Source of the DNA: a phage
Strand: one strand, 5' to 3'
Length of the DNA: 64,000 nucleotides
Sequence record: OZ346187.1
A program made the position numbers and the translations under genes. This document shows, piece after piece, positions 28,371-38,374 of this stretch; position 1 is the first letter of the stretch, and the number at the start of each line of letters is the position of its first letter. The notes under the pieces are model-generated. The model was not told the DNA's origin, did no database searches, and saw nothing but the letters and a program-made list of their open reading frames with translations.

Positions 28371-28600
28371 TCCTCCACAACTTCAAGGCCTTTACCGCCT
28401 CGCTCTGGCAGATTACTTAAAGATAGGTAATACATATAATCAGGAGAGATCCTGCCAGACTCTGCACCTGCAGCTAGTAAATCCTTCCCTTTAACCAGGA
28501 CAACATTCTCGTTTGCAGATAGCCGTTTTGCTTCCACAATTTTACCAACACAGTCAACCAAGGAAGGGTACCCTAAATCTGTAAGAAATTTAACTTTCAT
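28367..28600 (-). CDS. small acidic protein, MKVK-family paralog
   Basis: MKVKFLTD start, KGKDLLAAGA motif, ends LEVVEE. Confidence 0.5.
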   Translation of the reverse strand: MKVKFLTDLGYPSLVDCVGKIVEAKRLSANENVVLVKGKDLLAAGAESGRISPDYMYYLSLSNLPERGGKGLEVVEE

Positions 28601-28637
28601 GCTACCTCCTACCTACCATCCCTGGTAAGATAAATTA

Positions 28638-29036
28638 TTACTGAACAGAGCGCGGTGCTGGGAAGGATAACTCTTCTAAAGAGAAGATTTCATTTCCTAC
28701 CACCCAAGTTGCTGGGTCATCTGGATCAACAGGTTGGATAATCATTACCTCATCAGCCTCGCACACACGTTTCCCACCCATAGTAGCGTCAGCCACTAAC
28801 ATACGCGGCTCTTCAGAAATGCACAGGTAGCCACCTCGGCCCACTGTTCCTTCCACGGGATCCTGCCCTTTGACCACAATGAATACCTTCTCTCCTGTGG
28901 CGATATTACTTTTCACACTAACAGTTTGACCAACTTTAGATGTACCGATCTTGGTGGCTTCAAACATTAAATCCCGAATTACTGTTGCATAGTTGCCGGA
29001 CACTTTCTTACCTTCTTTAGTAATCTCAATCTTCAT
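28638..29036 (-). CDS. hypothetical protein
   Basis: ORF-track ORF. Confidence 0.5.
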   Translation of the reverse strand: MKIEITKEGKKVSGNYATVIRDLMFEATKIGTSKVGQTVSVKSNIATGEKVFIVVKGQDPVEGTVGRGGYLCISEEPRMLVADATMGGKRVCEADEVMIIQPVDPDDPATWVVGNEIFSLEELSFPAPRSVQ

Positions 29037-29272
29037 AATCTAGGCTCCTTAAATGAATCTATGTAATCAATTAAATCCCAAGCATCGCGATGGGCTGTCA
29101 GAGGGTATACTTCTCCGAGAGGGATCATAGCAATAAGTCTATCAAAAACCCAGTCTGGACGCAACATTTTATGGTGATATTCCCACTCACCTTCCACAGA
29201 TTTTTTCTGAGTTATCAGGATCTCTGTGTAGTGTTTCTCCTGTCTTGAGTAGATTGAAAATGACTTGTACAT
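29033..29272 (-). CDS. hypothetical protein
   Basis: ORF-track 29033-29308; internal ATG more likely. Confidence 0.4.
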   Translation of the reverse strand: MYKSFSIYSRQEKHYTEILITQKKSVEGEWEYHHKMLRPDWVFDRLIAMIPLGEVYPLTAHRDAWDLIDYIDSFKEPRL

Positions 29273-29308
29273 AAATGACCCCCTCTTGTTGAAAACAACA
29301 ATACACAA

Positions 29309-29593
29309 CTACCAGGTTACTGTCAAGTAGGCAACCGTATTATTTTTCTCTGGGGAGATGCCAACAACATCTACCTGCAGACCTCCTGCCCTTAAATCTC
29401 CAACAATGTGAGGGAAGTAATCTGAGAGATGCGAGGGTAGATTTATCGAAAATCCGCACCCCAGAAAGCCTGCTAACGCTTTATTTTGTATCTCCCCCAC
29501 AATCGCATCATAAATGGAGTTAAGCTCGTCAGGGAGCGTTACAGGACGTTTTAGCGCTAACTGGTGTAATTTGTCCTTAGCACTCATTTTCAT
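29309..29593 (-). CDS. hypothetical protein
   Basis: ORF-track 29309-29623; ATG at 29593 overlaps the stop of the upstream methyltransferase gene. Confidence 0.45.
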   Translation of the reverse strand: MKMSAKDKLHQLALKRPVTLPDELNSIYDAIVGEIQNKALAGFLGCGFSINLPSHLSDYFPHIVGDLRAGGLQVDVVGISPEKNNTVAYLTVTW

Positions 29594-30123
29594 TTCAGGT
29601 CTACCTCTGGAGGTGCCAACCACATAAACGGCGGCAAGTCTAAACGGTTTTTCTTATCCCACACAAAATATGCATATGCTTGCCCGTCAGTTCTGCCGTT
29701 TGATTGAAATGATGGACGCTTAGATATTGTGATCACAGTAGTAGGTGCATTATCAAGCCACCATTCAAATCTGGCTTTGCTTTCCAGAAAATTAAGACGC
29801 AAAAGCATAATAACTACGTCAGCATCTTTCAACGCCTTGTCTACAAACTCACGAGCCAGGCTGTATGGTGGGTTGGTGATAATACAGTCAACATGGTTGT
29901 ATTCTGTATTCAGATAGTCAACACCTTCTTGTATTTCTCCCCATGCAGATCCTAACGGCATACGGGAGTAGAACACACCTGAGGCACTATTCCTGCAAGG
30001 CTCTAAGTAGGTCCAGTCTTCTGGGAACGGAATAAGGTCATACAGCCCTTCTGCACACCACTCCGGTGTCACATACTCATCGTAGGCGTTACGTTGTTCA
30101 TCAGGTTTTCGAGCACAAGTCAT
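29590..30123 (-). CDS. DNA N6-adenine (or N4-cytosine) methyltransferase, small phage Dam-like
   Basis: Catalytic motif IITNPPYS (NPPY) with conserved acidic residue upstream. Confidence 0.65.
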   Translation of the reverse strand: MTCARKPDEQRNAYDEYVTPEWCAEGLYDLIPFPEDWTYLEPCRNSASGVFYSRMPLGSAWGEIQEGVDYLNTEYNHVDCIITNPPYSLAREFVDKALKDADVVIMLLRLNFLESKARFEWWLDNAPTTVITISKRPSFQSNGRTDGQAYAYFVWDKKNRLDLPPFMWLAPPEVDLK

Positions 30124-30140
30124 GCAAATCTCCAGATCAT

Positions 30141-30164
30141 AAAAGCCCTCCGAAGAGGGCTTTA
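30141..30164 (-). terminator. rho-independent terminator GCCCTC-CGAA-GAGGGC flanked by A/T runs
   Basis: Perfect 6-bp GC stem + tetraloop between ClpP-like gene and methyltransferase. Confidence 0.6.
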
Positions 30165-30174
30165 GAATTAATGT

Positions 30175-31224
30175 TTAAGCTTCTTCGACAATTCCTGCAC
30201 CCAGGATTTTTTCATTGAGCTCTTTTGCTGTTTTAATAATATTGTCCACCAGACGCTTGCGAGTCTTATCTTTTACCTTAACCTCTTCACCGCCGTTTAG
30301 GGTTGTCTTCAATTGGGACAAAATGTCTTGAAGTTCAACGACAGAGAATCGCTGCAGATCTTCTGAGGTAATCTCACCTAAGGCAATCTTAACGGTCTCA
30401 CCACTTTCCATCTGCAGGTTCAGGAACACAGTGTGAACATCACCTTTCGAACCACCAGCTTTTGCAGATTCAACAGCATGAACTAACTCATCTAAAGAGG
30501 TACACTGGTGAATCTCCGGGAGACCTGCTTCACCTAACACACCTTCTTCATCACCTTTTGCCAGAAGCTTTTTCGGTTTTTGTCCGTTCTGGATGCGTTG
30601 TATGTTACCTTCATCCAGAATGATAGCTCCAGTTCGAGCTGCCAGCTCCTCTCCGTCCAACCACACTTCACCACCAGCTGTGATGGATGCGATCTCATCT
30701 TCTGTCAGCACCCAACCGTAGTATTTTTCGATCAGGCGTTCGAAACGCTTTTTCCAGTAGCTGACCTGAGTATTCATGTTCACACCGTTACCATAAGTGC
30801 CACCTTGATAGTAGTGGAACATAAATTCTGTGTCCGGAGCCACAGTACGTTCTTTGCAACCCAGCCATAAGATTGTTCCCGCAGAGCAGCACATCCCTTC
30901 CGCATGTGCAACAACGCTTGCCTGAGACTCGCGGAATGCCTGCAGATAAGCCATCGCAATGTGCACGCAACCACCAGGGCTGTTAATGATCACTCGAATG
31001 CTTTCTTCAGGCTGAGCCATACGGATCGTCTGCAGGCGAGACATATGATCCTGCAGGTCTTCCAAATCGTCGATATAAAGAACGTGGTCAACAACAGGTG
31101 TTGGGTAGCTGTATGTCTCCATAATACCACCCGGCATACCGAACATTTTATTACTCATAGGTTCGAAACCGTTCTGTTTTTCTTTCATGCCGTGTACCAT
31201 GGTGCTGCGAGGTGTTAAATTCAT
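30175..31224 (-). CDS. ClpP-family serine peptidase-like protein with C-terminal extension
   Basis: INSPGG and GMCCSAG (active-site Ser context) resemble the ClpP/S14 fold. Confidence 0.6.
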   Translation of the reverse strand: MNLTPRSTMVHGMKEKQNGFEPMSNKMFGMPGGIMETYSYPTPVVDHVLYIDDLEDLQDHMSRLQTIRMAQPEESIRVIINSPGGCVHIAMAYLQAFRESQASVVAHAEGMCCSAGTILWLGCKERTVAPDTEFMFHYYQGGTYGNGVNMNTQVSYWKKRFERLIEKYYGWVLTEDEIASITAGGEVWLDGEELAARTGAIILDEGNIQRIQNGQKPKKLLAKGDEEGVLGEAGLPEIHQCTSLDELVHAVESAKAGGSKGDVHTVFLNLQMESGETVKIALGEITSEDLQRFSVVELQDILSQLKTTLNGGEEVKVKDKTRKRLVDNIIKTAKELNEKILGAGIVEEA

Positions 31225-31284
31225 GAGAAATCCTTAATATTGGAAGTTGAAAGCTATTTATTTAAACCTGATTCACATTTACCT

Positions 31285-31596
31285 TTATTTAGCAATCACT
31301 AGTGAATACTTACGATTGTCAGAAGCATCACAGCTCAATGATTGCCAGTCTACCACATACCACGTATCATTGTCAACAATTACTTTATCGCCTGTTCTGT
31401 AGCAGGTACTGCTTTCAATAATCCGAGACTCGATAAAGAATCTGTGTCGGCGCTCACGTAGCAACGCTAAGTTGATTATATTACCACCGCTGTCCTTGAT
31501 CCACACATTCTTGGATCCTTTATTTGCCAAAATTGTCTCGCCGTTGTAGACAAACAGGCAGTATATTTTATTCAGTTTCTCTTGTATTGTAGCCAT
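31285..31596 (-). CDS. hypothetical protein
   Basis: ORF-track ORF. Confidence 0.45.
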   Translation of the reverse strand: MATIQEKLNKIYCLFVYNGETILANKGSKNVWIKDSGGNIINLALLRERRHRFFIESRIIESSTCYRTGDKVIVDNDTWYVVDWQSLSCDASDNRKYSLVIAK

Positions 31597-31624
31597 ACTG
31601 TCCTTCTCTCTGTTTTGTCCGATA

Positions 31625-31653
31625 ATAATATCTAAAGCTTACCTATTTGTCAA
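31625..31653 (-). promoter_or_regulatory. sigma70-like promoter on minus strand (TTGACA-17-TATTAT)
   Basis: Reverse complement of 31625-31653 gives TTGACA ... TATTAT upstream of ORF 31596. Confidence 0.5.
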
Positions 31654-31697
31654 CAACTGTTTTAGATATTTAAGGGTGGAATAACCACCCTTCTGTA

Positions 31698-32486
31698 TTA
31701 CTCGGAAACAGGGGTCCAAATATGGTTTGCACGATCCTCAATAAGATTGAGTGCGATCTGACGACCCAACCCGGAACGAACGACATCGTCTGGACTATCA
31801 AAGCTGATCATTCCAACCTCAGGATCTGGATGACGAGTAAAGAAATCCGTCACCCATGCAAGGCCAGATTTACCAGGGATGTCACGTTGGCTATTATCAC
31901 CCATAATTACAAGGGTGGCCTGATCAGAGATCCTTGTGATAATTGACAACATTTCTTCAGGGTTAGTTTGCTGTGCCTCGTCAATCAGGACAAAGCATCG
32001 CTCATCGAAACTACGACCACGAATGCTTTCAACTTCACAAATCTCGATACGACTGTTCTGACCGTCTCCCAGCATTGCGGCAAAAGCACCTTTGCCAACA
32101 CGACGACAAATCGTGTCCATCATGCTTCGAAGATAGGGCCACAGTTTCTGCATTGCATTTCCGGGTTTAAATCCTGAAGTCTTTCCTGTCTGGACGTAAG
32201 GACGTGCAACAATGATCTTATCAATCTCGTTCTTACGCAGAAGATCACCTGCATATGCAGATGCCATAAATGTCTTACCGGATCCAAACACACCGTTTAC
32301 AATAATAATCTTACGTGACCCCAGATAATCAAGATACTTTTGCTGCTTCTTATTCATTGGTCGGAGAGCTGGAGCGGTGTGCTCTCTTTCGTCAGCAAAT
32401 TTCTCAGCAGCCTTACGCAGGCGATCAGATTTGCGAGCCTCTCTAGCTTCATCACGCATGCGTTTTGTTTCTTTAGCTCGACCCAT
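31698..32486 (-). CDS. phoH: PhoH-like ATPase
   Basis: Walker A GVFGSGKTF and PhoH-like downstream motifs. Confidence 0.8.
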   Translation of the reverse strand: MGRAKETKRMRDEAREARKSDRLRKAAEKFADEREHTAPALRPMNKKQQKYLDYLGSRKIIIVNGVFGSGKTFMASAYAGDLLRKNEIDKIIVARPYVQTGKTSGFKPGNAMQKLWPYLRSMMDTICRRVGKGAFAAMLGDGQNSRIEICEVESIRGRSFDERCFVLIDEAQQTNPEEMLSIITRISDQATLVIMGDNSQRDIPGKSGLAWVTDFFTRHPDPEVGMISFDSPDDVVRSGLGRQIALNLIEDRANHIWTPVSE

Positions 32487-32524
32487 GTTGGGACTCCTTT
32501 CAGATTGAGATGTGCCAAGTACTT

Positions 32525-32875
32525 TTACTGCAACAGTTTTTCAATAGCCGCTTCCATGCTGCTTGCAACAGCCTGAACTCGGATATTCATCTCTTCTTGG
32601 TGGATCAGCTCCTTAAGCTCTTTAATGGTAAATTCTTTAGAGAAACCTTCCACCATAATCTTGTGCAAGGCTTCTTGCGTGTCTACTTGCAAGAACTTTT
32701 CCAGTTTGTTGGCAGAGGCTTCTAAATCAGCCCGAATACGAGGGTCATCTGTGCGATTCAGCATTAGGCGTAAGCCATCAAGATTAGTAGAAATAGCATC
32801 TGCATGTTGAGTAACTAACCGTGGCAAAATGAGGTCTACAAACTTATTAGCCAAATCGATACGTTCTTGTGTCAC
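32525..32875 (-). CDS. hypothetical protein
   Basis: ORF-track ORF. Confidence 0.45.
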   Translation of the reverse strand: MTQERIDLANKFVDLILPRLVTQHADAISTNLDGLRLMLNRTDDPRIRADLEASANKLEKFLQVDTQEALHKIMVEGFSKEFTIKELKELIHQEEMNIRVQAVASSMEAAIEKLLQ

Positions 32876-33015
32876 TGTTGCACCCCCTCTTCATCTTCAT
32901 GATGTTTCTTTTCACGCTTGTGTTTTTTCTTAAGCTCAAGCGCAATCTCTTTTCTTGTACGCCTTCTTCAAGGCTTTTTTAGCCATTTGGCACCTCCTCT
33001 GCTTTCATTACGCTA

Positions 33016-33045
33016 ATTATAACCAACTTAACAAAACTTTGTCAA
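33016..33045 (-). promoter_or_regulatory. sigma70-like promoter on minus strand (TTGACA-18-TATAAT)
   Basis: Reverse complement gives consensus -35 and -10 upstream of ORF 32875. Confidence 0.55.
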
Positions 33046-33048
33046 CAA

Positions 33049-33522
33049 TTAGTCAACCTGAACCCAACCACCTGCTGCCTTTTTAAACATTCTTTGGTTA
33101 TCACTACCTCTGAAGGGTTTTTTGGTTGGGTTATCTTTTTCGTACTTACCATCCATAATGTAATCGACACTATCTTTAATGTAATCGGGAACCTCTTCAA
33201 ACAAATACCCTGTGTACACCCAGATAGTTTTTGTGTTGCCGAAGTGTTCACGGATAGCGCTAATGATCGAGTACATACCCTCAATATTGTAAGGCGCTAA
33301 AGGTTCGCCACCGCATAATGTAACGCCAGTAATGTGTTTCGGCTCTATAGAGTGAAGTATACTCTCAATAGTGTCATTTGTTAACGGTTCCCCTTTAGCT
33401 GGTGACCAAACACTTTTGTTTTGGCAACCGACGCAGTGATGTGGGCAACCAGAACAGAACACCGTTGTCCTAATGCCTGGGCCGTCAACCATGCTACACT
33501 CTATAATATTAACAACATTCAT
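33049..33522 (-). CDS. nrdG: anaerobic ribonucleotide reductase activating protein (radical SAM)
   Basis: CSGCPHHCVGC radical-SAM cysteine cluster; adjacent to nrdD. Confidence 0.8.
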   Translation of the reverse strand: MNVVNIIECSMVDGPGIRTTVFCSGCPHHCVGCQNKSVWSPAKGEPLTNDTIESILHSIEPKHITGVTLCGGEPLAPYNIEGMYSIISAIREHFGNTKTIWVYTGYLFEEVPDYIKDSVDYIMDGKYEKDNPTKKPFRGSDNQRMFKKAAGGWVQVD

Positions 33523-33755
33523 TCCTTATCCTCTTTTAGGTAAGGATATTCAGGCCCACAATAAGCTCTATCCAAGAAAACAGCTTCTTCCCCTCTGGAA
33601 TCAGTAGATCTATAATACCCATCACCATGGTAACTAACGAACCAGTGGCACCCATCATCGCTTTCTACTGTTGTGGCTCTGTCCGAATGAAAGATAATTT
33701 CGTAATCCTTACCGAATGTAAACCATCTGTTAGCTTTTACACAGACACCTATCAT
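33519..33755 (-). CDS. hypothetical protein
   Basis: ORF-track ORF. Confidence 0.45.
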   Translation of the reverse strand: MIGVCVKANRWFTFGKDYEIIFHSDRATTVESDDGCHWFVSYHGDGYYRSTDSRGEEAVFLDRAYCGPEYPYLKEDKE

Positions 33756-34086
33756 AAGGAACCTCTCTTCTGTGGTGTGCTTCTATTCAAGATAAACCTA
33801 TAAAAGTCCATTTGATGAAGCCGTATAACTTTTTATACTTACGCTTCAGTGCTAACAATTTTATCTTGATTTTCTTGATAGATTCCCGCATTTCGACCCC
33901 TTATGCTTATAAGTACTCCGCATCGCATTCAGGGCAATGCCAAATAAAATCGTCCAGTGCCTTGCACCAACGAAGATTGCAACGACAACCACACTTGCAA
34001 ATTTTATAAATACCTTTAGACATACTGTACCCCCCAGCTCACTGTGTGTCAATAATATGCCACATCCTTGTGGCTTTTGTCAAGTA

Positions 34087-35349
34087 TCAGCAACTACAAC
34101 TTCCATAGTGCTTAACTCGCTCGATAACTTCCGCTTGCTTACCTTTATTGTAAGGACGGGAGTTAGGACTGGAAAGGTATCCAGACACACGTCGAATTAC
34201 ACTGATCGTTCCCTCTTCATGGTTTCCACACTCTGGGCATACAAAGCCTTTAGCTGTTGCACTGAACTCACCAGAGAAACCACACTTGAGACATTTATCC
34301 ACAGGTTGGTTAATACCAAAATACATAATATGTTTATACCCGAAGTCAACAAGAGCCTCTAAAGCATCCAGGTTGTTTTTCAGGTTAGGTGTCTCTACGT
34401 ATCCAATGTTGCCACCAGAGGAGATCATAGCAAAACCTTCCTCATACTCCCACTTATCAAAAGGAGAGCTATTTATCCACACTGGCTGATGGAAACTGTT
34501 GGTGAGATATTCATGCTCGTGCTTTAACACTTCTGGATATTCACGATCCAGACAGGTTGCAGCTTTATAGCATAGACTCTCAGAAGGAGTGCCGTACAAG
34601 CTAAATGCTAGTCTACTTTCCTTCTTGTATCGCTCACAAGCATCTCTCATGTGCTGAAGGATTCCAAGAGCTAAAGCCTTGTCACCTTCTCTGCCCAAAA
34701 TCTGACAGGTTTCATACACACCAATATACCCAATACTGATGGAAGCGTACCCGTCATAGAAGAGTTTATCAATACTTTCTTCGGGATCCAGGCGAGCAAG
34801 AGCGCCTTCACACCACATGATGGGGTTCTGCCCTGCCTTTGTTCCTTTTAGACGGTTAACCCTTACAAGGTGAGCCTCGTATGCAAGATCCAAGTATTCG
34901 TCAAGAACTGCAAAGAAATCAACACATTCCGTCTTAGCTTTTGCCGCAATCATTGGCAGGTTAAGGCTAACAACACCCAAGTTGAATCTGCCGAGGTATT
35001 TCTCCTCACCTGTTTCCAAGTCATTGTATTTGCTAAGAAAACTCCGGCAACCCATACTCGTTACTTTGCCATCTGTCGAGCCTGTCACTTTACGATTTAG
35101 TGGAACAGAAACAAAGTCAGGATAAATCCGCTCTGCAGAGCATTCCAGAGCTAATCGTTTCAAATCATAGTTAGGATCTCCGGGGTTCATGTTGACACCC
35201 TCTTCTAGGAAGAACAGCACTTTAGGGAACACAGGTGTGATACGTTCTTCACCAAGACCCATTTTGTGGACTTTCAAGTAATTTTTGGTAATCATTCTAC
35301 CAAAGACCGAGGTATCCAGTCCTAAACTTAATGTGATGAATGGAGTCTG
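34087..35349 (-). CDS. nrdD: anaerobic ribonucleotide reductase NrdD, exon 2
   Basis: Glycyl-radical motif RRVSGYL; strong similarity to the T4 NrdD C-terminal half; exon begins QTPFITLSLG upstream of ORF-track start 35295. Confidence 0.85.
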   Translation of the reverse strand, partial: QTPFITLSLGLDTSVFGRMITKNYLKVHKMGLGEERITPVFPKVLFFLEEGVNMNPGDPNYDLKRLALECSAERIYPDFVSVPLNRKVTGSTDGKVTSMGCRSFLSKYNDLETGEEKYLGRFNLGVVSLNLPMIAAKAKTECVDFFAVLDEYLDLAYEAHLVRVNRLKGTKAGQNPIMWCEGALARLDPEESIDKLFYDGYASISIGYIGVYETCQILGREGDKALALGILQHMRDACERYKKESRLAFSLYGTPSESLCYKAATCLDREYPEVLKHEHEYLTNSFHQPVWINSSPFDKWEYEEGFAMISSGGNIGYVETPNLKNNLDALEALVDFGYKHIMYFGINQPVDKCLKCGFSGEFSATAKGFVCPECGNHEEGTISVIRRVSGYLSSPNSRPYNKGKQAEVIERVKHYGSCSC

Positions 35350-36146
35350 CTGTCTCCTCCCTGTGTTTCCACAGGGCCAGACTATCTATTACTCTACTTC
35401 AATAAGATAATAACCCTTTATTGTGAGATGCTTACCTTCGGCATTTCCTTCGATAGCCCTGTGAACGTTACCTACGTTCAAATTTAAGGCTTTTGCACAG
35501 GCGTAGAGTGAAGGATATTCACCCACCAAGATTTTCCCTTTGTATGCCTGCACTTTCCTATAGCACTTACCTGGACAAAGTCCTGTTCGGAAAGCATGTC
35601 TCTTATTATCTTCCGGCAAAACCCACTCTAGGTTAGACGGATGATCATTCAATGTATTGCCATCTTTATGATTCACTTCCCAGTTTTCAGGGTCTTCTGG
35701 GACATCTGGCAAACAATACAAGGCAACAACCCTTGAGGTTTGGATTCGAATCTTTTTACCTTTGTGGTTGAAAGAGTACATATAACGGCGTTTAACATGC
35801 TTATTACCTTTTCCATAACCTCCCCACAATATTGGGTGCAGCATTCCACGTTTTCCGTATACGTTTCCAACTTCATCAATCACATAGTTTGATTCTTCAC
35901 CATTAAGAATGATCTTTTTCATAGAGCCTCTCCATTTCGAAGTTAGTATTTCAACTAACCCCTACACTACTTGGTTCAGAAATGTTTGTCAAGCATCTCT
36001 GCCTTTCGTTAGTCGTTACAACCGTTCCAACTCCTGTAAGAACTAGTCACGGGATTGGCATAGCTTTCGCCTTAGCGTTCCCCGTTAGCCGGATTTACCG
36101 ACCCCTCTTATGAGGTTAGGAGAGTTTTACAACGGCCAGTTTGTTA
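35350..36146 (-). mobile_element. group I intron in nrdD carrying an HNH homing-endonuclease ORF
   Basis: 5' exon ends GGU, intron starts UAA; ACGGGGAAC and CAAUCCCGUG elements as in the T4 td/nrdD introns; S-like UAGAUAGUCUGG at the ORF stop; intron ends in G before CAG. Confidence 0.8.
35389..35922 (-). CDS. HNH homing endonuclease (intron-encoded)
   Basis: EVNHKDGNTLNDHPSNLEWV...NKRHA HNH motif; lies entirely inside the nrdD intron. Confidence 0.75.
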   Translation of the reverse strand: MKKIILNGEESNYVIDEVGNVYGKRGMLHPILWGGYGKGNKHVKRRYMYSFNHKGKKIRIQTSRVVALYCLPDVPEDPENWEVNHKDGNTLNDHPSNLEWVLPEDNKRHAFRTGLCPGKCYRKVQAYKGKILVGEYPSLYACAKALNLNVGNVHRAIEGNAEGKHLTIKGYYLIEVE

Positions 36147-37007
36147 ACCGTTGACAGAAGTTAACGTATTGATTTGATAGAGCAAAGTCTGCATGCTGTC
36201 AAATACGTCTTTATCTGTCATTTGCATTGCAACAGTCTCAGCATCTGGCAACCAATGTTCCTGGCAAAATTTAAGGTTCTTCTCATAAGTCGCCTCAGCA
36301 TACTGTGCCAAATAATGGTCAATATGGCTCATAGTCTGACCCCCATATTGAGCACTAGCTACTGCACTAGAGATTTGGCTAAGGATTGTTGTTGCAACCC
36401 CTATTGACTTCGGCTTACTGACATGGGCGTTACCAATGTTGAATCCGTTTTCCAACATATCTGGATAATTTACCAAACAACAGTTTGTTAACGGACTGAT
36501 CAAGTAGTCAAGATCATGCACATGGATGAAGCCTTTATTGTGCTCTTCTGAGACACGGTCTGGCAGGATCTGTGTTGATGCAAGGTGTTTGCTAAGGATG
36601 CCTGCAAGCAGGTCACGATGAGTGTGTACATGATTGGTAGGCTTATTTGCGTTTTCTTTTGTAAATTCATCACAAGTTCGATCCAAGAAGCCACTAATAT
36701 CTGCAAGCAGTTTTCCACCTGCCTCTCTGTTATTATCTCTTGTCTGTCTATACTGGATGTATTCTCTGGCTGCACATTTTAAACCCATATCCATAAGAGC
36801 ATCTTCAACAAGGATATGGATATTTTTTACAGAGATCGTGCACTGGTCGGTTGGTAGATTGTTAGCAACAACTTCATTAACCGCACAAGCGATCCGGTAA
36901 GCTTCTTCTTCAGTATGTCCAGACTCAAGTAAGGCGGACTCTGCCGCCTTGATCACCTTAATTCCGTTATAGACCTCTTCTCTACCGTCCCGTTTTACAA
37001 CTTTCAC
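36147..37007 (-). CDS. nrdD: anaerobic ribonucleotide reductase NrdD, exon 1
   Basis: GFIHVHDLDY, TNCCLVNYPDMLENGF, KSIGVATTILSQ match T4 NrdD; ends ...TLTSVNG at the splice site. Confidence 0.85.
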
Positions 37008-37282
37008 TTTTTCTCTCCAAAACCATTCTTAACAAAAGAGATGAAATCGTCGGCACCGCCTATATGGACACTTTCAAGATTGCTTTCTAAGAAGATCTGC
37101 GGCAACGTTCTGGGGACAATTGGACTACACTTCTCAATAAGCTCTTCTTTTGTGTAGCCCTCGCCAAGTGTCTTATATACAAAAGGCAGACCTTTGCTGA
37201 TTGCAAATTCTTTTGCTCTGACACAGTGTGGGCAGTTATCCTTACCGTAAATGATGATGAAAAAAGATTTTTCGCAGCTCAT
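37004..37282 (-). CDS. glutaredoxin/thioredoxin-like redoxin for RNR
   Basis: CPHC active site near N-terminus; adjacent to nrdB. Confidence 0.7.
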   Translation of the reverse strand: MSCEKSFFIIIYGKDNCPHCVRAKEFAISKGLPFVYKTLGEGYTKEELIEKCSPIVPRTLPQIFLESNLESVHIGGADDFISFVKNGFGEKK

Positions 37283-37285
37283 ATA

Positions 37286-38374
37286 TTAAAACTCCCAAAT
37301 TTCTTCTTCAGCGTCGTTAACAGTTGTGTTGACGCGGTAGTCAGTGTTCGACATTTCTTGGTTCGCCGTCTGTTGCAATGAAGGTTTCATCCACACCTGC
37401 ATAAACGGTAGCGGGTCCTTTGTTGGCGGCACAAAGTCTTTGTCGATGTCGTAGTAATCATAAATCGGTGAGCAGTTATAGTCAACCCATTCTTTAAGCA
37501 ACGGTGAGTTAAGACCTATAATCGCTCTTCCTTCGCTGAAAATATAGTCACTCCAACCGTACTCTTTGGTTCGCACTTCATCAAGAATCTCTTTTAACTC
37601 CCCTTTTATCTCAAGGAAGCTTTTCTCCCATGCGGGATCATTAAGCAGGATATCAATGATGGCAAAATCACCTTTCGAATGTAGCATTTCGTCAAGCATG
37701 ATTTTTTGAACAAGCTGCGCCACCTGAACAAAGATACCCTGTTCAGCTACTGCGAAAGTGCATGCAAAACTTGCAATAAACTCAATACTTTCCAGAGCTA
37801 AAAGTGCAAAAAGCGCTCTAAGAATGCATTTCCGCACAACATCTTCTTCAACACTAGAAGGATCCAGTCGGTATTTTGCACCAATAACCTCAAGCTCTTG
37901 CATGTATTTGACAATAACGCCGGATCTGCTCAGAACGTTTTGGTTTTCCTGAATCTCTTCTATAATCTCACGGGCATTGGGGAGGCATTGTCTAACAATC
38001 TCTGAGTAAGTTAGTGCGTGAAGAACTTCAATCTCCGACTGTTTCATCAATAGAGTGAAAAGCTCACTATTAGTGATGAATGGTGAAAAGAGGCAGATGA
38101 TCGATCTTGCCGCAACGCTATCAGCCTCCCATTGCCACATCAAGGTCTGAACCATCACATCATAAGTTGACTTTGAGCATGTTACAAAATCTGAAATAGA
38201 TTGCGACAAATCCACTTCATCCTCTGCCCAGTCTTGTTCTTTTTGTTTTTTGTACAGTTCGAACAGTTGTGGATATTTTTTGTTGATAGAGTCGTACATA
38301 CCCATTTGCTGTCCCAGAAACAGCGGATAGTCACCAGTTTTATGAGCGGTGTTCTCAGCATTAAATACAGCCAT
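37286..38374 (-). CDS. nrdB: ribonucleotide reductase class Ia small subunit
   Basis: Ferritin-like di-iron pattern, C-terminal ...EEEIWEF; ORF-track start 38434 trimmed to ATG 38374 after nrdA stop and hairpin. Confidence 0.9.
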   Translation of the reverse strand: MAVFNAENTAHKTGDYPLFLGQQMGMYDSINKKYPQLFELYKKQKEQDWAEDEVDLSQSISDFVTCSKSTYDVMVQTLMWQWEADSVAARSIICLFSPFITNSELFTLLMKQSEIEVLHALTYSEIVRQCLPNAREIIEEIQENQNVLSRSGVIVKYMQELEVIGAKYRLDPSSVEEDVVRKCILRALFALLALESIEFIASFACTFAVAEQGIFVQVAQLVQKIMLDEMLHSKGDFAIIDILLNDPAWEKSFLEIKGELKEILDEVRTKEYGWSDYIFSEGRAIIGLNSPLLKEWVDYNCSPIYDYYDIDKDFVPPTKDPLPFMQVWMKPSLQQTANQEMSNTDYRVNTTVNDAEEEIWEF

